Positions 8,424 through 18,033 of a stretch of DNA of 60,120 nt are shown piece after piece. Position numbers and translations under genes: made by a program. The notes beneath the pieces were generated by a model that was not told where the DNA came from, made no database searches, and saw nothing but the letters and a program-made list of their open reading frames with translations. Source of the DNA: Candidatus Bathyarchaeia archaeon (GTDB taxonomy: Archaea; Thermoproteota; Bathyarchaeia; Bathyarchaeales; Bathycorpusculaceae). Positions within the stretch are counted from its first letter, which is position 1, and each line of letters begins with the position of its first letter. Location: positions 1 through 60,120 of the forward strand of contig JAVZNE010000008.1 in NCBI GenBank assembly GCA_038882975.1. Direction: 5' to 3'.

Positions 8424-9722
8424 GTGGAGGAGAATCAAAATCATGTTTTCGGTTCCATTCTTGTTGTGAAGTTTGGCGGAAGTAGTTTAGCGAATGGAGA
8501 AAAAATATCTAACGCCGTCAAAGCTGTCATAAAGGAGTTGAAGAAGGGAGCAAAAATTGCAGTGGTTGTTTCCGCCATGGGTAAAACCACAGATCTTCTA
8601 CTTGAGGCTTTGAGGGAGGCCACGAACTGTGGAAAAACACAGGCATGTAACCAAGACGTCGATGACGTCCTAGCCATGGGGGAGAGGACAAGTGCAAGAA
8701 TATTCTCGACAGCTCTCAAAGCAAACGGTGTGAGATGCCACTATTTCGACCCATCAGACCTAGACTGGCCCATAATTACCAATGATGTTCCAATGAACGC
8801 TGACCCCATACTGGAAATATGTGAAGAACGTGTTTGTAAGCATGTTTTGCCCTTGCTTAACGAGGGAATCGTCGTCGTTGTTCCTGGCTTCGTCGGCAAA
8901 ACGTTAGACGGCAAAATCACGACAATGGGGAGGGGTGGAAGCGACATAACCGCACTCGTTTTGGCGCGGGCTCTCAAGGCAAAACAAGCTATACTTGTAA
9001 CTGACGTCGACGGTATAATGACCGCTGATCCCAAACTTGTAAAATTTGCAAGAAAAATACCTGAAATTAATGTTGATTTATTAATTGGGCTTGCAAGTTC
9101 TTCTCACAGGTTTCTGCAGAGAAAAGCCTTAAAATACAAAGAAGACTGGTTGGACATTAAAATCATAAACCACAACCACTGCGATCTAAACGCTGAAGGA
9201 ACCGTTATCAAAGGTTCTCTCGTTAAAAAAATTGTTGACATTGATTTCCCGGAGGCGATTGCCTCCATAACCATTGTTGGAGAGGGGCTTTCCCAATCGC
9301 CAGAGATTATACATCAAGTTATCCAGAAAATAAGAAGCGTGGAAGTACATATCGTTGGATTTTCAGCCAATTATGATTCCCTCATGTTATACATTCCGGA
9401 AAGTATGCTTAATAAAATCCTTGAACCTCTTCATTCGATCGTCCAAGACCACAAGGAGGCCATAGCCATGGCTGTGAGAAAAAATCTTGCCCTAATCAAG
9501 ATTAAAACAGCCGAATTCGAAGAGGCGCTCGGGATACTTAGTAATCTGATTAGGAGCCTAAGCATAAAAGGTATTAACATCTATGGGCTGTCCATGGCGG
9601 CATCTGGGATTCATGTTTTTGTTGATAGAGGATATGCAGAGGAGGCTTTAATGATTGCTAGTAAATCTTTGCAGGAAAGTCCTGAACCATCACTAGAATT
9701 TCAGATTACGGAGGTAAAGTAG
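8424..9722 (+). CDS. lysC: Aspartate kinase with ACT domains
   Basis: VVKFGGSS, VVVSAMGKTTD, TMGRGGSDITA, TDVDGIMTADP. Confidence 0.9.
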   Translation: MEENQNHVFGSILVVKFGGSSLANGEKISNAVKAVIKELKKGAKIAVVVSAMGKTTDLLLEALREATNCGKTQACNQDVDDVLAMGERTSARIFSTALKANGVRCHYFDPSDLDWPIITNDVPMNADPILEICEERVCKHVLPLLNEGIVVVVPGFVGKTLDGKITTMGRGGSDITALVLARALKAKQAILVTDVDGIMTADPKLVKFARKIPEINVDLLIGLASSSHRFLQRKALKYKEDWLDIKIINHNHCDLNAEGTVIKGSLVKKIVDIDFPEAIASITIVGEGLSQSPEIIHQVIQKIRSVEVHIVGFSANYDSLMLYIPESMLNKILEPLHSIVQDHKEAIAMAVRKNLALIKIKTAEFEEALGILSNLIRSLSIKGINIYGLSMAASGIHVFVDRGYAEEALMIASKSLQESPEPSLEFQITEVK

Positions 9723-9724
9723 AA

Positions 9725-10513
9725 ATGCTTAGTGGAAAAAGCAAGAGAATGCAGAGAATATTTGGCAACGATGGAAAAACCGTGATTGTTCCTTTGGATC
9801 ATGGGGTTACTAACGGTCCCATGCAAGGCCTTGTAAGCATGCAAAGCACTATTGACAAGCTTGTTGCTGGTGGCGCAGACGCTGTTGTCTTGCATAAGGG
9901 CATAGCGAAAAACGTAGACACAAAGAGGCTTGGACTTATTGTGCATGTTTCCGCGAGCACAAAAGTTGGCCCTGATGCCAATTGGAAGATAAGAGTTTGC
10001 GCTATCGAAGAGGCTATTCGTTTAGGATGCGATGCTGTTTCGGTCCATGTGAATGTTGGTGCAGATCGTGAACATGAGATGTTGGCGGAGCTTGGCAGGT
10101 TGGCTGACGAGTGTGATTCGTGGGGTATTCCATTACTCGCCATGATGTATCCACGGGGGCCAAAGGTCAAAAGCGAACATGACCCCGAACTTGTTGCCCA
10201 TGCGGCAAGGCTTGGCGCGGAGCTGGGCGCAGACATAGTAAAGACAAATTATACCGGGGATCCAAAATCTTTTAGAAAAGTTGTTGAAGGATGTCCTGTT
10301 CCGTTGATAATTGCTGGTGGTCCCAAAGTCAATTCGACTAGAAGGTTGCTGGAAATGGTTTATGATGCGATACAAGCTGGTTGTGCGGGAGTATCCATAG
10401 GTCGAAACGTTTTCCAACACGAAGACCCGACAGCCATTACAAGAGCCCTTGTTGGGATAGTCCATAGAGGTCTAAAAGTTAGGGAGGCTATGGCGCTGTT
10501 AAAAAGAAACTAG
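9725..10513 (+). CDS. aroA': 2-amino-3,7-dideoxy-D-threo-hept-6-ulosonate synthase (class I aldolase, AroA')
   Basis: PLDHG, MMYPRG, ELGADIVKTNY, AGGPK, GRNVFQH; adjacent to DHQ synthase II. Confidence 0.92.
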   Translation: MLSGKSKRMQRIFGNDGKTVIVPLDHGVTNGPMQGLVSMQSTIDKLVAGGADAVVLHKGIAKNVDTKRLGLIVHVSASTKVGPDANWKIRVCAIEEAIRLGCDAVSVHVNVGADREHEMLAELGRLADECDSWGIPLLAMMYPRGPKVKSEHDPELVAHAARLGAELGADIVKTNYTGDPKSFRKVVEGCPVPLIIAGGPKVNSTRRLLEMVYDAIQAGCAGVSIGRNVFQHEDPTAITRALVGIVHRGLKVREAMALLKRN

Positions 10514-10601
10514 CTTTTCGCAATATTAATCAGTAACGCGGCCTTTCCTAAAAGCGAAAAAGTTGGTGGTTGTTACGTTTACAAGGAGAGAAGGCTTAAG
10601 C

Positions 10602-11675
10602 ATGAGAGAACTTTGGCTTAAAATAGACGAAACGGTTCCGCAAAGCCTTACAGAAGATTTGCTTAGCTTTGCAAGTCAAATATTGAACGCCGTCTATGTT
10701 GTAAATGAGCAGAGGATAGGTGATTTAAGGAAAATAGGAGTTAAAATTGCTGCAAGCGGCGACGATTGTGATATTCAAGTGTTAGAGTCTTTTAACATCG
10801 AAAAACTTGAGGAGTTTAAAAACGCTGGCAAGTCTGTAGCCGTTAAAGTGGTGGTCAGAACCGCGGAGGACGAAAAGGAAGCTGTGAAAGCCGCAAATCT
10901 CTCCGCCGATTACATCATGGTACAATGCTTAGACTGGAAGGTTATACCTCTTGAAAACTTAATAGCTACCACCAGAGGGAGAAGCAAGCTTTTAGCGGAG
11001 GTTTCATCGCTGGAAGAAGCTAAACTAGCCCTTGAAATCCTTGAGCTTGGGGTAGACGGCGTTGTCTTAAAGACAGCCGATTTAAACGAGCTAATAAAAG
11101 CTGCCCATTTAGTCAAAAAGCAGCTGCCGCAAGTTAAACTTGTACCAGTTAAAATAGTTGGAGTTAGACAAATAGGAACAGGAGCCAGAGTATGCGTTGA
11201 CACGTGTGATCTGATGAGGGAAGGGGAGGGGCTTCTTCTCGGCTGTCAGTCTGCATGCCTATTTTTAGTGGAGGCGGAAGTCCATGAAACCCCCTTCATT
11301 GAACCTAGACCTTTCAGGGTGAACGCTGGCCCGATATCCCTTTACGTCATGTGTTCCCCAGATAGGACGAAGTACCTTTCAGAGCTTAAAGCTGGAGACG
11401 AGCTAATGATTGTGGATAGAAACGGCAACGCTAGATTCGCGAATATTGGCAGAGTTAAGATCGAGTGGCGGCCCCTTATCCTCATTGAAGCTGAACGCGA
11501 CGGAAGACGTTACAAAACCATAACGCAGAACGCGGAAACCATTAGGCTTGTAACTGAGAAAGGCTCCATGGCTGTTACAGAGTTGAAACCTGGCGATGAA
11601 GTTTTAGCGCATATGCTTGAAGGCGGAAGACATTTCGGAACCCTCGTGAAGGGAGAGAGGGTTGTGGAGCTTTGA
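10602..11675 (+). CDS. aroB': 3-dehydroquinate synthase II (AroB')
   Basis: DWKVIPLENLIA, RVCVDTC, PFRVNAG, KIEWRPL, QNAETIRL, GRHFG. Confidence 0.95.
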   Translation: MRELWLKIDETVPQSLTEDLLSFASQILNAVYVVNEQRIGDLRKIGVKIAASGDDCDIQVLESFNIEKLEEFKNAGKSVAVKVVVRTAEDEKEAVKAANLSADYIMVQCLDWKVIPLENLIATTRGRSKLLAEVSSLEEAKLALEILELGVDGVVLKTADLNELIKAAHLVKKQLPQVKLVPVKIVGVRQIGTGARVCVDTCDLMREGEGLLLGCQSACLFLVEAEVHETPFIEPRPFRVNAGPISLYVMCSPDRTKYLSELKAGDELMIVDRNGNARFANIGRVKIEWRPLILIEAERDGRRYKTITQNAETIRLVTEKGSMAVTELKPGDEVLAHMLEGGRHFGTLVKGERVVEL

Positions 11676-12355
11676 ATGTAAAGATATGCGTTTCTGTTAT
11701 GCCCCGAAACCTTAGCAATGCATTGAAACTTATCGAAAAAGCGGAGAAAAACCTGGCAGACTTCATTGAAGTGAGGTTAGATTGTACCGGCTGGTTTAAA
11801 GGGTTGAAGGATATTGCCGGATGCGCGAAAACGCCGTTAATCGCAACCATTAGAACACCTGGGCATCGCGGAAAATTTTTGGGAAGAGAGGATGAACGTA
11901 TAAAAATTCTTTTGAGTGCTGCTTCGAGCGGGTTCAGTTACGTGGACATTGAGCTTGATTCTCCTTGGCTGAAAAATGCGGTGAACGATTTGCTTGCCAT
12001 GGGTGTCAAGCCTATAATATCCTTTCACGACTTCGAGAAAACGCCGGAAACAGCTAAGCTCCAGCAAATTCTTAAAAGCGAAATTGCGATGGGCGCCGAC
12101 GTTTGCAAGATAGTGACAACGGCGCAAACTATGCAGGACAATCTAACTTTGCTGCATTTCTTGAATAGTGAAGGCGGAAAGGCTAGAATCGTGTGCTTCG
12201 CCATGGGGGCTTTGGGCAAACTATCAAGACTTTTGTCGCCGATTTTTGGAGGATACTTTACGATAGCTTCCCTAAAGTGTGGGATGGAAACGGCCAGCGG
12301 CCAAATGACAATACAAGAAATGAAAACAGCTTATAGGGCATTGGGAGTTATGTAA
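11672..12355 (+). CDS. aroD: 3-dehydroquinate dehydratase type I
   Basis: EVRLD, YVDIEL, ISFHDFEKTP, KIVTTA, FAMGALGKLSRL. Confidence 0.93.
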   Translation: MNVKICVSVMPRNLSNALKLIEKAEKNLADFIEVRLDCTGWFKGLKDIAGCAKTPLIATIRTPGHRGKFLGREDERIKILLSAASSGFSYVDIELDSPWLKNAVNDLLAMGVKPIISFHDFEKTPETAKLQQILKSEIAMGADVCKIVTTAQTMQDNLTLLHFLNSEGGKARIVCFAMGALGKLSRLLSPIFGGYFTIASLKCGMETASGQMTIQEMKTAYRALGVM

Positions 12356-13231
12356 ATGGAGGTTTCTGGGAAAACTAAAGTTTTCTGTGTCATAGGCGAT
12401 CCGGTTGAGCATTCACTAAGCCCAATAATGCATAACACTGCCTTTAGACATTTGAAAATTGATGCGGTATATGTTGCTTTTAAAGTGGAAAAAGAAAACC
12501 TTGAAAGTGCCATAAAAGGCATGCGAAGCCTTGGCATATGCGGGATGAACGTGACAATGCCTCATAAAACAGCCATCGTCAACTACCTAGACGAAATTGA
12601 CCCAACAGCGAAATTTATTGGAGCTGTTAACACGGTGCTTAACAGAAACGGGAAACTTGTGGGATTCAACACCGACGGTGTTGGCGCCGTAGTAGCCTTA
12701 AAGGAAAACGGTGTAGAACCTAGAGGTAAAAAGTTTCTACTCTTGGGAGCGGGAGGTGCTGGGCGGGCTATAGCCTTCCAACTGGCACATGAAGCAGATG
12801 AGCTCATCATCCTAAATAGGGACGCATACAAGGCTAAACTTTTGGCAGATACGCTCCAAAAGAAATTTAATAAGAAAATCATGGGGGACGGTCTCTCCTA
12901 CGATAGCCTTAAAGGAAGGCTTAGGGACGTGGATGTGCTTATTAACGCTACTTCTGTAGGCATGCTTCCCTATCACGATCATTCATTACTTGAAAGGGAT
13001 CTACTAAGACCAGAACTCACTGTTATGGATATAGTTTACAACCCTGTTGAAACGAGGCTTTTAAAGGACGCGAAATCCGTTGGTGCTAAAGTTATCAATG
13101 GCATTGAAACGCTTGTTTTCCAAGGAGCTGTTTCTTTTGAGATTTGGTGGAATCAGCCAGCCCCCATAAGCGCTATGAGAACGGCTGTTATGGAAAAACT
13201 CCGCATGGTGGAATCAAAACTTGGGCAGTAG
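12356..13231 (+). CDS. aroE: Shikimate dehydrogenase
   Basis: GDPVEHSLSPIMHN, NVTMPHK, GAVNT, NTDG, GAGGAG, NATSVGM, DIVYNP. Confidence 0.96.
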   Translation: MEVSGKTKVFCVIGDPVEHSLSPIMHNTAFRHLKIDAVYVAFKVEKENLESAIKGMRSLGICGMNVTMPHKTAIVNYLDEIDPTAKFIGAVNTVLNRNGKLVGFNTDGVGAVVALKENGVEPRGKKFLLLGAGGAGRAIAFQLAHEADELIILNRDAYKAKLLADTLQKKFNKKIMGDGLSYDSLKGRLRDVDVLINATSVGMLPYHDHSLLERDLLRPELTVMDIVYNPVETRLLKDAKSVGAKVINGIETLVFQGAVSFEIWWNQPAPISAMRTAVMEKLRMVESKLGQ

Positions 13232-14102
13232 AGCCACAGCTATAAGTTACGGCGGCGCAACCATAATTAACGCTATTGCAACTGGTAAGGGAGCTGCCTT
13301 CGGGGTAAAGTTATGGACAAAAGCGGAAGTCGAGTTGACAGACAATCCTGGAGTTGTAAAGGGTGAAATCCTCTCAGACCCCCATGAAAGTACAATACTA
13401 ATAGAAAAAACTGTGAGAAAGGCTCTAGAACACTTTGGAGTCGCTGAAAAGTTTGGAGCGGAAGTTAGAACATGGTCAAATATACCTATCGCCCGTGGAT
13501 TAAAAAGCAGCAGCGCAGCTGCAAACGCTATAGCCCTCGCAACCGTAGCCGCCCTCTGCAAAGAGGTCGACGACTTAACTATAGTCAATTTAGGCGTTGA
13601 AGGGGCCATTGAAGCAAAAGTAACTATAACCGGAGCCTTCGATGACTCTTGCGCTTCTTACTTTGGTGGTATTGTCATCACGGATAACTTAAAGAGAAGA
13701 ATAATTAAGCAACTCAAAGCTCCGGAAAACCTTAAAGTCGTGTTCCACATACCGCAAACAAAGGTTTACACAGAAAGCATTGATGTTAAAAAACTGAAAG
13801 TTATAGCGCCCCTAGTTAAAATAGCCTACAAAGAAACTTTGAAAGGAAACTTCTGGCAAGCTTTAACGCTAAATGGGCTAATATACTCTTTTGCATTAAG
13901 TTACAGTCCTTCTATAGTTCTAGACGCCCTAATGGCTGGGGCGATAGCCGCAGGACTCTGCGGAAAAGGGCCAGCTATAACGGCGGTCACCACCGAGGAC
14001 AAAGTTGACCGTGTTAAAGAGGCTTTAATGGGATACGAAGGCGAAATTATAGAGACCCAGATAAATCATGAAAAGGCTAAAGTTCTAGGAGTCTCTCAAT
14101 GA
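13221..14102 (+). CDS. aroK: Archaeal shikimate kinase (GHMP family)
   Basis: TIINAIATGKGAAFG, PIARGLKSSSAAAN, TGAFDD. Confidence 0.93.
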   Translation: MGSRATAISYGGATIINAIATGKGAAFGVKLWTKAEVELTDNPGVVKGEILSDPHESTILIEKTVRKALEHFGVAEKFGAEVRTWSNIPIARGLKSSSAAANAIALATVAALCKEVDDLTIVNLGVEGAIEAKVTITGAFDDSCASYFGGIVITDNLKRRIIKQLKAPENLKVVFHIPQTKVYTESIDVKKLKVIAPLVKIAYKETLKGNFWQALTLNGLIYSFALSYSPSIVLDALMAGAIAAGLCGKGPAITAVTTEDKVDRVKEALMGYEGEIIETQINHEKAKVLGVSQ

Positions 14103-15385
14103 TGGATGTTATTATCAAACCCACAAAAACATTGAAAGGAGAGGTCGCCGCCCCATCATCAAAGTCCTACACGCATAGAATACTTATTGCAGCGCTCTTA
14201 TCAAATGGGAGGACAAAAATAGAAAAACCTCTAGTCTCCGAAGATACACTGGCAACTCTTGAGGCGGTGAAAGCCTTTGGAGCCGATGTGAAACAAAACA
14301 ACGGTCTCTGGGAGATCAACGGTCAGCCGCATCTGAAAGCGCCCATGAATCCCGTTAACTGCCGAGAGTCTGGTGCTACATTACGCTTCATGATACCCGT
14401 AGCCGCCTTAGCTGATGGAAACACGACATTTTTTATGAGGCAGTCACTGAGCAGGAGACCGATACTGCCGTTGCTTCAAAGCCTCAGGCAGCTTGGAGTG
14501 AAAACCCAATATAAACCTCCCTTTGTAACTGTTTATGGCAACAGTATTGACGGCGGAAAAACAACATTGCCGGGCGACGTAAGCTCCCAGTTCATATCCG
14601 GCCTTTTATTTGTATGTCCCCGCGCAAAAAGGAGCACCCAAATAACCCTCACAAAACCCATTGAGTCTAAGAGCTACATTGAAATGACTGTGGAGGTGTT
14701 AAGCAAGCACTCCATTACAGTTGAGTTTTCGGAAGATTTCAGTCGGATACACGTTCCAAGCGGGCAAAACTACCAGCCATCTGGTCATAAAGTTCCTGGA
14801 GACTTTTCCTCCGCAGCATATCTACTCGCCGCAGCCGCCATAACTTCGTCTAAAATAAAGATACATAATCTTGATTACGCCTCAAAACAAGGGGATAAGG
14901 CACTTTTAGAAATACTTGGGCAGTCAGGGCTAAGCGTCTCCATTGGAGAGGGCTTCGTCGAGGTATGGGGTGCGCTCCACAACGCTATAGACGTTGATGC
15001 TCGCGATATTCCAGACTTAGTGCCTGCATGTACAGCCATTGCATGTTATACAACTGGCGCGTCAATAATACGTAATGTCCGAAGGCTAAGATACAAGGAA
15101 TCCGACAGATTAACCGCCCTTTACACCGAGTTTAGAAAAATGGGCGCCGATATAGATGTGAAAGGGGACAGCCTAATAATAAGGGGGCCGTGCGAACTTC
15201 ACGGTGCGGTGATAAACCCACATGGCGATCATAGAATAGCCATGGCTTGCGCGGCTGCTGCCTTAGGAGCTGAAGGCGAAACCGTTATTATGAACGCTGA
15301 ATGTGTGAGAAAGTCTTATCCGAAATTCTTCGAAGACTTATACATACTGGGAGCGAGTATAATTGGCGGCAAACTCGATTGGTAA
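14099..15385 (+). CDS. aroA: 3-phosphoshikimate 1-carboxyvinyltransferase (EPSP synthase)
   Basis: SKSYTHR, ESGATLRF, SSQFISGLL, LRYKESDR, DHRIAM, KSYPKF. Confidence 0.96.
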   Translation: MMDVIIKPTKTLKGEVAAPSSKSYTHRILIAALLSNGRTKIEKPLVSEDTLATLEAVKAFGADVKQNNGLWEINGQPHLKAPMNPVNCRESGATLRFMIPVAALADGNTTFFMRQSLSRRPILPLLQSLRQLGVKTQYKPPFVTVYGNSIDGGKTTLPGDVSSQFISGLLFVCPRAKRSTQITLTKPIESKSYIEMTVEVLSKHSITVEFSEDFSRIHVPSGQNYQPSGHKVPGDFSSAAYLLAAAAITSSKIKIHNLDYASKQGDKALLEILGQSGLSVSIGEGFVEVWGALHNAIDVDARDIPDLVPACTAIACYTTGASIIRNVRRLRYKESDRLTALYTEFRKMGADIDVKGDSLIIRGPCELHGAVINPHGDHRIAMACAAAALGAEGETVIMNAECVRKSYPKFFEDLYILGASIIGGKLDW

Positions 15386-16472
15386 AGCCTTCGTAGTGAC
15401 ATCCTTCGGCGAAAGCCACGGCAAATGCGTCGGCGCCGTTATAGACGGTTGCCCGGCAGGCCTTCCCCTCTCTGAAGGAGACATTCAAGTAGAATTAGAT
15501 AAGAGAATTCCCCAAAAGCATGAAATAACTTCAGGAAGAATTGAAAAAGATATTGTTGAGCTTTTGTCGGGAGTGTTTGAAGGGTACACCACAGGCGCAC
15601 CCATCTGCATGCTGGTTTGGAATAAGGAAGCAACCCCCTCAGATTATGATGTTATAAAGGATTTGCCTAGACCTGGACATGCGGACTATCCGGCCTGCGT
15701 CAAATATGGCGGATTTAACGATTATAGAGGCGGCGGAAGATTCTCTGGAAGAATTACAGTATCCTTTATCATAGCCGGGGCTGTCGCAAAGAAACTTTTA
15801 CGAATATTTGGAGTTGAAGTGTTGGCCTACACCAAAGCCATAGGCAGCGTAGAAATGAAAGAAACGCCGACGCTGGAACAAATCAGAGAAGAAACCTACA
15901 AAAATCCGGTAAGATGTCCAATCCCAGCCTGTGCAAAATCCATGGAAGAAGCCATAATCAAGGCCAGAGAGGAAGGGGACAGCCTCGGAGGCGTTGTGGA
16001 ATGCATAGCTTTAAATGTTCCAGCCGGAGTCGGCGAGCCGATATTTGATGCGTTAGATGCGGACATTGCAAAAGCAATTTTCGCTGTACCAGCAGTGAAA
16101 GGCGTAGAATTCGGCGCAGGCTTTAAAGCCGCCGCCATGAAGGGGTCTGAAAATAACGACCAATATGCTGTACGAGATGGCAAAGCGGTAACGTTGACAA
16201 ACAATGCCGGTGGAGTGCTTGGCGGTTTATCCAACGGAATGCCTATTGTGTTTAGAGCGGCTATCAAGCCAACACCATCAATCTTCAAAAAACAGAAAAC
16301 CATAAATCTATCAAAATTTGAGGAAGCAACGCTGCAGATAAAAGGGAGACACGATCCATGCATAGTACCAAAAGCCGTTCCTGTAATAGAGTCGGTGGTA
16401 GCCATAACCTTGGCAGACCTTATGATAAGGGCTGGAATAATGCCAAAGGTTCTGGTAAGGAAGAGGCGTTAA
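15363..16472 (+). CDS. aroC: Chorismate synthase
   Basis: FGESHG, RPGHAD, GGGRFSGR, NNAGGVLGG, KPTPSI, GRHDPC. Confidence 0.97.
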   Translation: MAANSIGKAFVVTSFGESHGKCVGAVIDGCPAGLPLSEGDIQVELDKRIPQKHEITSGRIEKDIVELLSGVFEGYTTGAPICMLVWNKEATPSDYDVIKDLPRPGHADYPACVKYGGFNDYRGGGRFSGRITVSFIIAGAVAKKLLRIFGVEVLAYTKAIGSVEMKETPTLEQIREETYKNPVRCPIPACAKSMEEAIIKAREEGDSLGGVVECIALNVPAGVGEPIFDALDADIAKAIFAVPAVKGVEFGAGFKAAAMKGSENNDQYAVRDGKAVTLTNNAGGVLGGLSNGMPIVFRAAIKPTPSIFKKQKTINLSKFEEATLQIKGRHDPCIVPKAVPVIESVVAITLADLMIRAGIMPKVLVRKRR

Positions 16473-16732
16473 AGAAAATAGCAGCATTAAGACGGAAAAT
16501 AGATAAAATAGATGAAGAAATCCTCCTACTATTAAAAGAGAGACTTGAAACATCCAAGAAAATAGGTAAAATAAAACAGAGGCACGGAGTTCCAGTAAGG
16601 GATCCTGGAAGAGAAGAGGAGAAATACAAACAAATAACCGAAAAAGCTTTGAAGTTGATGCTCAACCCAGAAGATGTCAAAGACCTTTATCGGAAAATAA
16701 TAGATATGAGCGTGCATGTACAAGATCAATGA
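16469..16732 (+). CDS. Chorismate mutase (AroQ); no canonical start codon near the domain start
   Basis: LRRKIDKIDEEILLLLKER...IGKIK...VRDPGREE; first codon after the purine-rich stretch is TTA. Confidence 0.8.
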   Translation, partial: LKKIAALRRKIDKIDEEILLLLKERLETSKKIGKIKQRHGVPVRDPGREEEKYKQITEKALKLMLNPEDVKDLYRKIIDMSVHVQDQ

Positions 16733-16740
16733 TGGAGAGA

Positions 16741-17382
16741 TTACTGAGACTTCTTAGAGGTTTTGGCTATTTTCTCCCAGTCTATTCTGAACATGACGGC
16801 TAGTACTATTACCAGCAGGATTATTGCCAATGTCATGCTTATTAGGGCGGTTATCCAGTCGCTTTTTATTCCAAATATTTGCTCAATTACTGTTATAGCG
16901 TAGCGGGCGCTGTAGACGATTATTAAGCTCATGCAAATTTTCCCAATTATTGCTGGGATAAAAGCCTTCAATAAATTGTAGCGCATTATGCCTAATGGTA
17001 TGAAGAGCAAGTCGTCTGGTAACGGCGTTAAGGCGAAAAGAAATATTGCGATGGGACCGTATTTCCCGAAAATTTTTACCAAGGCTTCCATTTGACGCTT
17101 GCGCTTCTCGCTTATGACTTTTCTTCCGCCCAACCCAAGCAAGTAGCCCGTAAACTCTCCTATGGCTGAGCCAGCACCAGAAGCCAACGCAATCAACAAA
17201 GGGTCAAGGTTTTGGAAGGTGGAGGCTATGGTAAATATAACTACGGTGTATGGTATTGGAAAAAATATTGACATTGAGCCTATTAGGCTTATTAAAAAGA
17301 TGCCAAGGTAACTGTATTGTTCTGCGAAACTTTTCAGCCATTGTTCAAGCTGTTGGAATATATCCGCCATTACAAGCTTCAA
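16741..17382 (-). CDS. DedA/VTT (SNARE-associated) membrane protein
   Basis: GSAIGEFTGYLLG, FALTPLPDDLLFIPLG; start may be ATG 17370. Confidence 0.85.
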   Translation of the reverse strand: MKLVMADIFQQLEQWLKSFAEQYSYLGIFLISLIGSMSIFFPIPYTVVIFTIASTFQNLDPLLIALASGAGSAIGEFTGYLLGLGGRKVISEKRKRQMEALVKIFGKYGPIAIFLFALTPLPDDLLFIPLGIMRYNLLKAFIPAIIGKICMSLIIVYSARYAITVIEQIFGIKSDWITALISMTLAIILLVIVLAVMFRIDWEKIAKTSKKSQ

Positions 17383-17505
17383 CCTCTCTCATTCTTAGGG
17401 TCTTTGGCTTTAAAGAACTTTTTATAGTTGGTAGCAAATGCATCAAACTTAAATTTGCCGAAAATAGAATAGGGATTCCAAATTTGAGAGGAGGCTTGAT
17501 AGGGT

Positions 17506-18033
17506 TTGGCGTCTAAGAAAACGCCTATATGGGTTGCTCGAGACCTTTCAAGGTGCAGCGGCTGCAGAAAATGCGAGATAGCGTGTTCACTTTTCCATGA
17601 GAAGCGTATATGGCCTGAAGCCTCCCGCATTAGGGTTTTTATGCTTGCTCCGGGTGTTGAGTTTCCCCATTTTTGCGCTCAGTGTGAGGATTACCCATGT
17701 GTCCAGGCTTGTCCAGTTAACGCCCTATCAGTGAGCAGAGAAACTGGCGCGGTTCTTGTGGATTCTAATGCTTGTATTGGCTGTGGGAAATGTGTTGAGG
17801 CTTGTCCTGGGAGGATTCCGCATATGCACCCGGTGGAAAACAAGATTTTAATTTGCGACTTGTGCGGTGGCGACCCGCAATGTGTCAAGGTTTGCCAAGA
17901 GGGACTTTGGAATGTTCTGCGGGCTGTGCCCAGAGGAAACTACTCTTACAAGCTTTATGCCAGAACTCCGGAGGAGATTGCCCGGGATTTGGCTGTTAAA
18001 ATTTTTGGAGAAGATGGGGAGCGGTACGTATGA
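17506..18033 (+). CDS. 4Fe-4S dicluster electron-transfer subunit of AOR
   Basis: CSGCRKCEIAC, CAQCEDYPCVQACP, CIGCGKCVEACP, CDLCGGDPQCVKVC. Confidence 0.92.
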   Translation: MASKKTPIWVARDLSRCSGCRKCEIACSLFHEKRIWPEASRIRVFMLAPGVEFPHFCAQCEDYPCVQACPVNALSVSRETGAVLVDSNACIGCGKCVEACPGRIPHMHPVENKILICDLCGGDPQCVKVCQEGLWNVLRAVPRGNYSYKLYARTPEEIARDLAVKIFGEDGERYV

